From an uncultured Arachnia sp. (GTDB lineage Bacteria > Actinomycetota > Actinomycetes > Propionibacteriales > Propionibacteriaceae), in the NCBI GenBank assembly GCA_947499145.1, contig CANMNB010000001.1, positions 865-64,864 of the forward strand: DNA of 64,000 nt, read 5' to 3'. This document shows, piece by piece, positions 37,524 to 47,988 of the stretch. The translations under genes were made by a program, and so were the position numbers. The notes below the pieces were generated by a model. That model saw only the letters and a list, made by a program, of their open reading frames with translations. It was not told the origin of the DNA and did not search any database. Numbering within the stretch: position 1 is the stretch's first letter; every line of letters begins with the position of its first letter.

Positions 37524-38485
37524 CGCGACGCACCCCTGTCCAGAACACTCCGACGGGCCTCGCCGAGCGCGACGGCCAGCATGCGGCGGATGTAGTCACG
37601 GTTCCCGGCGGAGACGGTCAATCCGTCGCCACCGTAGTGCTCCACGCAGAACGGCCCGTCGAACCCGGCGTCGACCGCGATCTGGATGGCCTGTCGGTAG
37701 TTGGCGCTGCCGTAGGCCATGGGCGCCGGGAGGCTGACGACGTTGCCGGCGGCGTCCTCGCTGCGGAAGTAGTTCTTCACATGCCAGTAGTTGGCGTGCG
37801 GCATGCAGCGTTCGACGGCGACCAGGAAGTCCTCGATCGGCCGGTGGAGGCGGTAGAGGTTGCCCAGGTCCGGGTTGAGACCGACGTTGTCCATGCCGAT
37901 GTCCTGCACGAGACGCACGGCCGACTCGGACGACCCGAGCAGCGTGTCTTCGTACATCTCCAGCGACACCTCGAGACCGAGCTCCGATGCGTGGGAACCG
38001 AGTTCCCTGAGACGGGAGACGGCGAGCTGCCACGTCTCGTCGTCGGTGGAATCGACGGGACCGGGAGCGGTCCAGAACCAGAATGCTTCCTGCTGCTCCG
38101 GTGTCAGCGGACGATGCAGCCCGAAGGAGACGACCTTCGACCCAATCCTGCTGGCTGCCTCCAGCACCCTGTGCGAGTAGGCGAGGTTGTCCTCACCAGC
38201 GTCGGGATCGATGACGCTTCGGCGGATGGCCGAGACTGCAATGGGGTTGAGACCCACCTGCTTCAGAACGTCTCCCAACTCCGTGAGCCGTTCCTCGTCG
38301 AGGTCGCCGATCCGGAGCCAGTTGTCGGTGAGGTCGACCTCAGAGAATCCCTCGTTGGCGACCTGCGCCAGCTGGGAGAGCCAGACGCCGCCGTCGGCGT
38401 CCTGGGAGTTCGGGAAGGGCAGCATGGCCGCTGCGATGGGCCAGGACGCAGCCCTGCTCGTATTCGGGTCGTGGGAGTCACGCAT
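37520..38485 (-). CDS. Xylose-isomerase-like TIM-barrel enzyme (sugar phosphate isomerase/epimerase family)
   Basis: Metal ligands LEMYE, NPDLGN, WHVKN, CVEHYG. Confidence 0.87.
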   Translation of the reverse strand: MRDSHDPNTSRAASWPIAAAMLPFPNSQDADGGVWLSQLAQVANEGFSEVDLTDNWLRIGDLDEERLTELGDVLKQVGLNPIAVSAIRRSVIDPDAGEDNLAYSHRVLEAASRIGSKVVSFGLHRPLTPEQQEAFWFWTAPGPVDSTDDETWQLAVSRLRELGSHASELGLEVSLEMYEDTLLGSSESAVRLVQDIGMDNVGLNPDLGNLYRLHRPIEDFLVAVERCMPHANYWHVKNYFRSEDAAGNVVSLPAPMAYGSANYRQAIQIAVDAGFDGPFCVEHYGGDGLTVSAGNRDYIRRMLAVALGEARRSVLDRGASR

Positions 38486-38635
38486 TTCTTTGGTTTCCTT
38501 CCGGCGATGTGTCGCCACCCACGGGCCCGGCGCACATCGATGAGCCCGGCAGCCGTGTCGCGGCCCTTGTCTGGTTCAACCTTGTCACAGGAGGTGTTCT
38601 GGCTGAGTGCCTCCGGTGTGCGGGAAGCTTCGTCG

Positions 38636-39703
38636 TCATCCGGCCCGGTCACCCAGGGCGCGGAAGGACGACTCCGCGATCCGGTACCCCTCGCACAGTG
38701 TCTCCAGGACCGTCTCGGTCCCGGGGTCGGGTGCGGACCGCTCGGGGTTGGCATCCGCCCAGCGCACTGCCTCAAGCGCGCCGACGTGCAGGGACACGCT
38801 GGGGCGGTACGAGGGGACGACGGACCGGATCTTGGAGTTGTCGAAGATGGCGCTGTGGGCGATGTCGCCCACGATCCCGCCCGACCAGTACCAATCCGGT
38901 GCGGCCAGGGGGAACATCTCGGAGGCGATGTGGACCAGTCGAGGCTCAGCGCCGAGCGCCCGGCCGAACGTCTCGTAGATTGTGTCCCAGGCGTAAACGT
39001 CGTCACTGGTGATGTGGAAGACGTCTCCGATCGCCCTCGCGTTCCCCAGGAGCCCCACAAGCCCTTGTGCGAAATCACTGGCATGAGTGACTGTCCACAG
39101 CGACGTCCCGTCGCCATGGACCGGAATCTGGAGGCCGCGCTTCATCCTGTCGATGATCGTCCAGCTGCCGGGCAGAGGGGGGCTGGCCTCGTCATAGGTG
39201 TGCGACGGCCGGACGATCGTCATGGGGAAGCGGTCGCGGTGCCACAGGTCCCACAGCGCGGTCTCCGCCTCGAACTTGGCCGTGGCGTAGGGCAGTGGCG
39301 GGTTGGGCCCGACCGGGGAGGATTCGGTGATGGGGAATCGCCACGCGGGCTTCGAGTAGATGGAGGCCGAACTGATGTGAACGTACTGACCCGTGCGCCC
39401 GGAGAAAACCTCTGCCATGCTCCGTACGTTCGCTGCGTCGTAGGACAGGAAGTTGACCACCGAGTCCCAGGAGCGAGCGCGGAGCGCGGCCTCGAGCGAG
39501 GCCCTGTCCTGGACGTCGGCCACGACGGATTCGATGGCCTGCGGCAGCGACCTGCCCGCGGAGTTCCTGCCACGGTTCAGGACCGTGACTTCCATCCCGC
39601 GCTCCACCGCGAGGCGGACGCTGGAGGCGCTGATCGTGCCCGTTCCCCCGATGAACAAGACCCGGAGCCGCTCACCGGCGGCCCTCTCAGCGTGCTCCGA
39701 CAT
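38636..39703 (-). CDS. NAD-dependent epimerase/dehydratase family protein
   Basis: FIGGTGTIS, HISSASIY, YATAK, VRPSHTY. Confidence 0.85.
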   Translation of the reverse strand: MSEHAERAAGERLRVLFIGGTGTISASSVRLAVERGMEVTVLNRGRNSAGRSLPQAIESVVADVQDRASLEAALRARSWDSVVNFLSYDAANVRSMAEVFSGRTGQYVHISSASIYSKPAWRFPITESSPVGPNPPLPYATAKFEAETALWDLWHRDRFPMTIVRPSHTYDEASPPLPGSWTIIDRMKRGLQIPVHGDGTSLWTVTHASDFAQGLVGLLGNARAIGDVFHITSDDVYAWDTIYETFGRALGAEPRLVHIASEMFPLAAPDWYWSGGIVGDIAHSAIFDNSKIRSVVPSYRPSVSLHVGALEAVRWADANPERSAPDPGTETVLETLCEGYRIAESSFRALGDRAG

Positions 39704-39779
39704 TCTCGTCCTCCACTCGCATCGGATGCCCACACTACTCGGAGCACACCCCTCGCGCGGAGGTTTGTTCACCCTACGC

Positions 39780-41663
39780 TCAAATTCCCCCGAGCGACGC
39801 CTCCCACTGCCCGTGCAGCGAGGCGAAGTGCCCGTTGCCCTCGGCGATGAGGTCGGCCGGGGAGCCGTCCTCGACGATGCGTCCCCACTCCATGACGAGC
39901 ACCCGGTCGGCGATGGCCACCGTCGACAGCCGGTGGGCGATGATGATTGCCGTGCGACCCTTGAGCAGCGTCTGCAGACCGCGCTGGACCAGCCGCTCGC
40001 TCGGGAGGTCCAGCGAACTCGTGGCCTCGTCGAGGATGAGCACCTGCGGGTCTGCCAGGAACGCCCGGGCGAAGGAGACGAGCTGCCGCTGGCCAGCTGA
40101 GAGTCGGCCGCCGCGGCTGCGGACGTCGGTCTCGTAGCCGTCGGGCAGTGCCCGGATGAAGGAGTCAGCACCCACGGTCAACGCCGCACGCTCGATGTCC
40201 TCCCGCGAGGCACCGGGACGGCCCATCGCGATGTTGTCCGCCACCGTCCCGGAGAACAGGTAGGACTCCTGGGTGACGGAGACGACGACGCGGCGCAGGT
40301 CGGCGTCCGCGATGTCGCGCAGGTCGGTCCCGTCGAGCCTCACCACACCGGTGTTGGGGTCGACGACGCGGGCCAGCAGCTTCACCAGGGTGGTCTTGCC
40401 CGCCCCGGTCTCGCCGACGAGCGCCACGACCTGCCCCGCTGGGATGGTGAGGTCCATCTCCGGGATGGTCTCGGGACCGTCGCCGTAGGAGAAGGAGACG
40501 CCCTCCACGTCGAGGCGGCCCTTGGTCACCTTGAGCGGAACCGGGCTCTCGGGATCCTCGAGGGCCGGACGTTCCTCGAGCACGCCGGAGATCTTCTCCA
40601 GCGCCGAGGTGGCCCCCTGCAACTGGTTGAAGAACATCATGACCTCGGTGACCGGGTCGAAGAACTGGCGTGCGTAGAGCACGGCCGAGAGGAGGACACC
40701 CACTTGGAGCGTCCCGGACAGCACCCGGGAGCCGTCGTAGAACATCAGGAACGCCGAGACAATCGCCGACATCGCCACCACCACGGTGTTGGCGACGGCG
40801 AAGACGAAGATCACGTCCGCGTTGGTCTTGCGGTAGTCCTCCGAGCGCTCGCGGAAGTCCTCGCCGCGCGCAGCCTGGGCCCGGAAGGCCTGGACGGCAC
40901 GGATCCCCACCATCGACTCCACGAAGGACGAGATCATCGACGACGACGCGACGCGCACGCGCCGGAACCGGTTGCGCGACTCGGTGACGAACCAGACGCC
41001 GAACAGCGCCGTCGGCACCAGACCCGCCAGCAGGACCAAGCCGCTGGGGACGTCGAGCATCATGAGCGCGAAGACGACGCCGATGATGAAGAGCAGGGAG
41101 CTCACGAACTGGGAAATGCCGGCGGAGATGAACTCGCGGATCGCCTCGATGTCGCTGGTCTGCCGCGAGATCAGGCGGCCGGAGGTGTAGCTCTCGTGGA
41201 AGCCCAGATGAAGCCGCTGCGTGTGGCTGAACAGACGTCGGCGCAGGTCGAGGACCACGGCCTGCGCGAACCGCGGCGTGACCGAGCGCGCGTGTCCCTC
41301 GAAGAGTCCGGCGGACAGGGCGGCGACGACGGTGAGGGTCGCGATGAGGATGAACCGGGACCAACCCTCCCCGTCCAGGGCGGCGAACCCGGCGTCGACC
41401 CCGAGACCGACGAGGGCGGGCACGGAGACGCGTGCGGTGGTGCCGATGACCGTCGCCACGGCCGCCTCGGCGACCTTCCTGCGGACGGGGCGCAGCAGGG
41501 AGCCGAGCAGTCGCATCGAGCGCCGCTGCAGGGCTTGGTTCTCGGCGCGGGTGTGGGTCTCGTTCTCCTCGCCGGCGGTCCCGAGGACGGTGTTCGGCGC
41601 CTCGTTCGGCGCGGCGGCGAGCTTGTTGCGGGGCAGCCGGGGTTGCGGGAGCCGGGCCATCAT
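39780..41663 (-). CDS. ABC exporter, TMD+NBD half transporter
   Basis: GETGAGKT, LSAGQRQ, ILDEATS, IAHRLS; ATGA overlap at 41660-41663. Confidence 0.93.
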   Translation of the reverse strand: MMARLPQPRLPRNKLAAAPNEAPNTVLGTAGEENETHTRAENQALQRRSMRLLGSLLRPVRRKVAEAAVATVIGTTARVSVPALVGLGVDAGFAALDGEGWSRFILIATLTVVAALSAGLFEGHARSVTPRFAQAVVLDLRRRLFSHTQRLHLGFHESYTSGRLISRQTSDIEAIREFISAGISQFVSSLLFIIGVVFALMMLDVPSGLVLLAGLVPTALFGVWFVTESRNRFRRVRVASSSMISSFVESMVGIRAVQAFRAQAARGEDFRERSEDYRKTNADVIFVFAVANTVVVAMSAIVSAFLMFYDGSRVLSGTLQVGVLLSAVLYARQFFDPVTEVMMFFNQLQGATSALEKISGVLEERPALEDPESPVPLKVTKGRLDVEGVSFSYGDGPETIPEMDLTIPAGQVVALVGETGAGKTTLVKLLARVVDPNTGVVRLDGTDLRDIADADLRRVVVSVTQESYLFSGTVADNIAMGRPGASREDIERAALTVGADSFIRALPDGYETDVRSRGGRLSAGQRQLVSFARAFLADPQVLILDEATSSLDLPSERLVQRGLQTLLKGRTAIIIAHRLSTVAIADRVLVMEWGRIVEDGSPADLIAEGNGHFASLHGQWEASLGGI

Positions 41664-43474
41664 GCCACCACCTCGGTGTCCTGGGTCTCCTCGAAGGAGG
41701 AGATGACGTAGCGGTACCGCTCGCTGCTGGCGAGCAGCTCGTTGTGCGTGCCGACGGCGGCCACCTTCCCCCGGTCGACGAGGGCGACCCGGTCGGCCAG
41801 CGCCACCGTCGAGGGCCGGTGGGCGACGATGAGCGCCGTCGTGTTGCCGAGCGCCGCGTCGAGCGCTGCGGTGACCTTGGCCTCGGTGTGGACGTCGAGG
41901 GCGGACAGCGGGTCGTCGAGCAGCATGAGCCGGGGCTGCGTGGCGACGGCGCGGGCGAGGGCGACGCGCTGCCGCTGGCCGCCGGAGAGGCCTTGGCCCT
42001 CCTCGCCGATGACGGTGTCGATGCCCTTGTCCAGCTCGAAGACGAAGTCGGCGGACGCGACCCTGAGGGCGTCGGTGACCACGTCGTCGTCCGCTGCGGG
42101 GTTGCCCAGGGTGACGTTGTCGCGGATGGAGGCGGAGAACAGCATGGCGTCTTCGAAGGCGACGGAGAGCTGGGAGCGCAGGTGGTCGCGGGTGACGTCG
42201 CGGATGTCGACGCCGTCGAGGAGGATCTCCCCGCCCGTGACGTCGTAGAGGCGGGCGGCGAGGTTGATCAGGGTGGACTTGCCGGAGCCGGTGAGTCCGA
42301 CGACGGCCATCCGCTCCCCCGGCTCCACGGTGAGGCTCAGCCCCTTGAGCAGCGGCTCCTCGGCGGCGCCCTGGTCGTCGAAGCGGAAGTGGACGTTGCG
42401 GAACTCCAGCTTGGCCCCGGTGGGTGTGTCGGGGGAGGCGATCGTCGTCGGAACGGCCGGATCGCCGACGACGACCGGTGCGTCGACCACTTCCCGGTAC
42501 CGCGAGACGGCGCTCGTGGCGTCCAGCGAGAAGGAGATGAGGAACCCGACGAACGAGAGCGGCATGCGCAGGATGGTCGCGGTGCCGAAGAAGGCGACGA
42601 CGCCGCCGATGGTCACCCACCCCATGGAGGCGAACCAGATCGCCAGGATGAGGCAGATGGCGATGACGAGGTTGGGGATGAGGGTCAGCCAGCGGAAGAT
42701 CCTGGCGTCGGCGAGCCCGCGCTCCACCTCCAGGTCCCGCAGCCGCTCGGCCTCCTTGGAGAACCCCTCCAGCGCCTCCGGAGCGCGACCGAAAGCCTTG
42801 AGGATGCGAATCCCCTTGACGGACTCCTCGACGACCGTGGCGACGTCGCCCGACTTGTCCTGGGCGCGGCGGGTGAGCTTCCGGTAGAGCCGTTCGAACC
42901 GGATCACCAGGAACACCAGGGGCAGCATCCCCAGGAAGAACGCGATGGCCAGGATCCAGTTCGTGGAGGCCATGAGTGAGACGCCGACGACGATCATGGC
43001 GATGTCGGAGATCAACATGATCAGGCCGAACGCCAGCCAGCGCCGGATGAGGTTCAGGTCCTGCGTCACGCGCGTCAGGAGCTGGCCGGACGGCCAGCGA
43101 TCGTGGAAGGACGCCGAGAGGTCGGTGAGGTGGGTGAACAGGGCCGTCCGGGCGCTGAACTCGGTTCGAGTGGCCGCGCCGATCACGAGCATCCGGCGGA
43201 CGAAGACCATGGTGGCCTCGAACAGGCCAAGGCCCAGGACCAGCAGGGTGGCGGGGAGCAGGGCGTCGCGATTGCCCGACGCGATCGGGCCGTCGACGAG
43301 CCGGCCGAGCACCTGCGGCATCAGCAGCGCAGCCGCCGACCCGACCAAGGTGCACAGCAACGCCAGCACGAACCGCCAGAAATGTGGCCTGACGTGCGGC
43401 TTCAGGATTCGGATCAGGACGGGTATGGGTGGGATCTGGCCGTGCGTCGGCTCTTCGATCGGCTTCTGGCTCAT
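41660..43474 (-). CDS. ABC exporter, TMD+NBD half transporter
   Basis: GLTGSGKS, LSGGQRQR, LLDDPLS, VAHRPS. Confidence 0.93.
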   Translation of the reverse strand: MSQKPIEEPTHGQIPPIPVLIRILKPHVRPHFWRFVLALLCTLVGSAAALLMPQVLGRLVDGPIASGNRDALLPATLLVLGLGLFEATMVFVRRMLVIGAATRTEFSARTALFTHLTDLSASFHDRWPSGQLLTRVTQDLNLIRRWLAFGLIMLISDIAMIVVGVSLMASTNWILAIAFFLGMLPLVFLVIRFERLYRKLTRRAQDKSGDVATVVEESVKGIRILKAFGRAPEALEGFSKEAERLRDLEVERGLADARIFRWLTLIPNLVIAICLILAIWFASMGWVTIGGVVAFFGTATILRMPLSFVGFLISFSLDATSAVSRYREVVDAPVVVGDPAVPTTIASPDTPTGAKLEFRNVHFRFDDQGAAEEPLLKGLSLTVEPGERMAVVGLTGSGKSTLINLAARLYDVTGGEILLDGVDIRDVTRDHLRSQLSVAFEDAMLFSASIRDNVTLGNPAADDDVVTDALRVASADFVFELDKGIDTVIGEEGQGLSGGQRQRVALARAVATQPRLMLLDDPLSALDVHTEAKVTAALDAALGNTTALIVAHRPSTVALADRVALVDRGKVAAVGTHNELLASSERYRYVISSFEETQDTEVVA

Positions 43475-43637
43475 TCGCTCTCTCCTCGGCGCAACCGAGG
43501 AGGCTACACCCGTTTGGCAACCGTATTCCGTGAGAGCTCAGACCACGGCCGACATGGAGGGACTCCACCATGTGAGACGGGCAGGGCCGGGTGGGGCCAG
43601 CCCCTGCGGACCGACCCCACCCGGCGAGGTGACCTGC

Positions 43638-45110
<1,473 letters not shown>

Positions 45111-45196
45111 TTAGTTCAATAGTTGTCAGAACTATTCCCCCTCGCTGCTCCGATGTGGCAGGGTCCTAATCTCCCCCTCGTCACTACAGTGATGCC

Positions 45197-47731
45197 GTGA
45201 AGAATCTTCCCGCCTCCACGTACCGGTTGCAGCTGCACGCAGCCTTCACCTTCGACGACGCGGCGCGGCACGTGCCCTACTTGGCCGACCTGGGCGTGAC
45301 GCACGTATTCTGCTCCCCCATCCTGCAGGCAGCGCCTGACTCGATGCATGGCTACGACGTCGTGGACCACTCGCGGGTCTCGGTCGACTTGGGGGGCGAG
45401 GCCGGGTTCCGGCGCCTCGCCGAGGCCGCGCACGCCCACGGGCTCGGGCTCGTCGTCGACGTGGTGCCGAACCACATGGCAGTCCCGACGCCGCTGTGGC
45501 ACAACCGGGCGCTGTGGGAAGTCCTTCGCGAGGGCGCCGAGTCGGACTACGCACACTGGTTCGACATGGACCTGACCGGGTCGCAGGCAATCCTGATGCC
45601 GGTGCTGGGCAAGCGGATCGGCGACGAACTCGCCGACGGCAGCATCACGATCGCACGTGAGGAGATCCCCGGCTTCGACGGCCCACAACCGGTGGTGCGT
45701 TACTTCGACAACGTCTTCCCGGTGCGTCCGGGCACCGAGGACCTGCCGATCGCTGAACTGCTCGAGCAGCAGTGGTACCGACTGGCGTACTGGAAGGTGG
45801 GAAGCGAGGAACTGAACTACCGCCGCTTCTTCGACGTCGACACGCTGGCCGCCGTGCGCGTCGAGGACGACGACGTCTTCGAGTCCAGCCATGCACTGCT
45901 CGCACGCCTCCACGGGGAGGGCCTGATCGACGGCTTCCGCATCGACCACCCCGACGGTCTGGCCAACCCGCGCGAGTACCTGTCAGACCTGCAGCGCATC
46001 ACTGGCGGCGCCTGGGTGGTCATCGAGAAGATCCTCGAGGACCACGAAACCCTGCCCACCAACTTCGAGTGTGCCGGGACCACCGGATACGACGCCCTCC
46101 TGCGCGTCTCCGGGCTGTTCCAGGACGGCGCGGGCCTCCCGAAGCTGACGGATCTGTGGGAGCGGGTCAGCGGGTCGGGTGAGGGCTTCGCCGCCTCACT
46201 GCTCAAGGCCAAGCACGAGATCGTCTCCCACATGCTGTTCTCCGAGGTGAACCGGCTCACCTCCATCGCTGTCGCGATCTGCGACGGCGACATCCGGCTG
46301 CGGGACCACACGCGCCGACAACTGCAGCAGGCGATCACCGCCCTGCTGGTGCACATGGACCGCTACCGCGCCTACGTCGAGCCGGGGATGGAGAGCCCCG
46401 AGACCGAACGGGAGGTGGTCGTCGCGGCGGCCGAACGAGCGCGTGCGGACCTGGCCGAGGACGAGCTGGACACGCTGGACCTCGTCGTCGCCCTGGCGCT
46501 CGGCGACCCGGGCACCGGCGAGGAGGACCAGGGAGCCGAGACGCTGCCCGGACCCGGCCCGAAGGTGACGACCGAGCTCCCGGACTCCGAGCCGGACGTC
46601 GCGGAGCTCCGGGCCGAGTTCATGGTGCGCTTCGCGCAGACCTGCGGTCCGGTGATGGCCAAGTCCAAGGAGGACACCGCGTTCTACCGCTGGAACCGCT
46701 TCATCGGGGTCAATGAGGTGGGCAGCGAGCCCACGATCGTCGGCGTCACGCCCGACACCTTCCACGACTTCTCCGCGTTCCTGCTCGAGCACTGGGCTGG
46801 TTCCATGACCACGCTCTCCACCCATGACACCAAGCGCTCGGAGGACGTCCGGGCGCGGCTCGCGGCGCTGCTCGAGCACCCACGCGAGTGGGAGGCCTGC
46901 GTCACCGAACTCCGGGCCGCCAGCGAGGAGTGGCGCACCGACGTCGTCGACGGCGCCACCGAGTACTTCGTCTGGCAGACCCTGGCGGCCATGTGGCGCC
47001 TGCCGGGCGCCGCGGCGGCCGGGTCCCCCATCTCCGCCGAGCGGCTCGAGGCGTACCTGACCAAGGCGATGCGGGAGGCGAAGTCCTTCACGACGTGGAC
47101 CGAACCGAACGCGCCGTACGAGGAGGCGGTGCTGGGGTTGGCGACGTCCGCGCTGTCCGACGACGCCGTCGCGGCCGCCCTCGACAGCTTCGTGGAGGCG
47201 ACGGCGGAGTCAGTCCGCACGACGATCCTGGGGCAGAAGCTCGTGCAGCTGACCATGCCGGGGGTGCCGGATGTCTACCAGGGCACGGAGGTCGTGGACC
47301 TCTCGCTCGTGGACCCGGACAATCGGCGGCCGGTCGACTACGAGTTGCGTCTTCGGATGCTGGCCGAGGGCGGCGACTCGCTGGATGCCCAGAAACTGCA
47401 CGTGACGTCGACGGCCCTCCGGCTGCGGCGCGAACACCCCGACGCCTTCCGCGGCGAGCGTGCGGAGTACCGGCCGGTGCCGACCACGTCGGGGCACGCG
47501 GTCGCGTTCGCGCGCGCCGTCGCCGGGGAGGACCAGGTGACAGCGATCACCGTGGCGACGCGGCTCGGCTCCCAACTCGAGGAGCGCGGCGGCTGGGGCG
47601 ACCACCTCATCATCCTTCCGGAAGGCCGCTTCCGGTGCCTGCTGAGCGGCACGGAGGTCGACGGCGGCGAGACCCTACTGGCCGACGTGCTCCCGGAGTC
47701 GCCGGTCGCGCTGCTGGTGCCGGTCAGCTGA
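45197..47731 (+). CDS. treY: Malto-oligosyltrehalose synthase
   Basis: STYRLQ, HGYDVVD, DVVPNHM, RIDHPDGL, EKIL, LSTHDTKR; TACAGT-N6-GTG. Confidence 0.97.
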   Translation: MKNLPASTYRLQLHAAFTFDDAARHVPYLADLGVTHVFCSPILQAAPDSMHGYDVVDHSRVSVDLGGEAGFRRLAEAAHAHGLGLVVDVVPNHMAVPTPLWHNRALWEVLREGAESDYAHWFDMDLTGSQAILMPVLGKRIGDELADGSITIAREEIPGFDGPQPVVRYFDNVFPVRPGTEDLPIAELLEQQWYRLAYWKVGSEELNYRRFFDVDTLAAVRVEDDDVFESSHALLARLHGEGLIDGFRIDHPDGLANPREYLSDLQRITGGAWVVIEKILEDHETLPTNFECAGTTGYDALLRVSGLFQDGAGLPKLTDLWERVSGSGEGFAASLLKAKHEIVSHMLFSEVNRLTSIAVAICDGDIRLRDHTRRQLQQAITALLVHMDRYRAYVEPGMESPETEREVVVAAAERARADLAEDELDTLDLVVALALGDPGTGEEDQGAETLPGPGPKVTTELPDSEPDVAELRAEFMVRFAQTCGPVMAKSKEDTAFYRWNRFIGVNEVGSEPTIVGVTPDTFHDFSAFLLEHWAGSMTTLSTHDTKRSEDVRARLAALLEHPREWEACVTELRAASEEWRTDVVDGATEYFVWQTLAAMWRLPGAAAAGSPISAERLEAYLTKAMREAKSFTTWTEPNAPYEEAVLGLATSALSDDAVAAALDSFVEATAESVRTTILGQKLVQLTMPGVPDVYQGTEVVDLSLVDPDNRRPVDYELRLRMLAEGGDSLDAQKLHVTSTALRLRREHPDAFRGERAEYRPVPTTSGHAVAFARAVAGEDQVTAITVATRLGSQLEERGGWGDHLIILPEGRFRCLLSGTEVDGGETLLADVLPESPVALLVPVS

Positions 47732-47799
47732 GGCGCCCCCCCCCCCCGCGCTCCGTCACGACCTCCAGCCGGAGCACTTGGCATCGCCGTCGCCCCGGA

Positions 47800-47918
47800 G
47801 GGGAAAATCGATCAGTGGTCGATTTTCCCCCGCTGGGCCGGCGCTGCTGCCACAAGCGGGGGGTCAATGAAGCATTCTCGGAAGCGGACGGGGGAGAATC
47901 GACCACTGATCGATTTTC
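47800..47918. repeat. REP/BIME-like element: two inverted palindromic units
   Basis: 47803-47832 and 47889-47918 are 29/30 inverted copies. Unit 1 is itself a hairpin: GGGGAAAATCGA-TCAGTGG-TCGATTTTCCCC. Confidence 0.8.
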
Positions 47919-47988
47919 GGAAGGGGGAGACGGGTCCGGCGGGCGGCTATCCGGGTTCCGGGGCGGCGAGCGGCGGGGCGCCTAGGAT

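Noticed and set aside
38567-38590. CTTGTC direct repeat upstream of the TIM-barrel gene as an operator
   Set aside because: Only 6 bp, with no adjacent regulator or second occurrence to support it.
33976-39850. Long + strand ORFs (887 aa at 33976, 844 aa at 37316)
   Set aside because: Antisense shadows of well-supported minus-strand genes, common in high-GC DNA; no motifs.
41664-43571. 1263-aa single ABC ORF from the track
   Set aside because: The upstream part is an off-frame read of the first half-transporter; the real start is ATG 41663 with an ATGA overlap.
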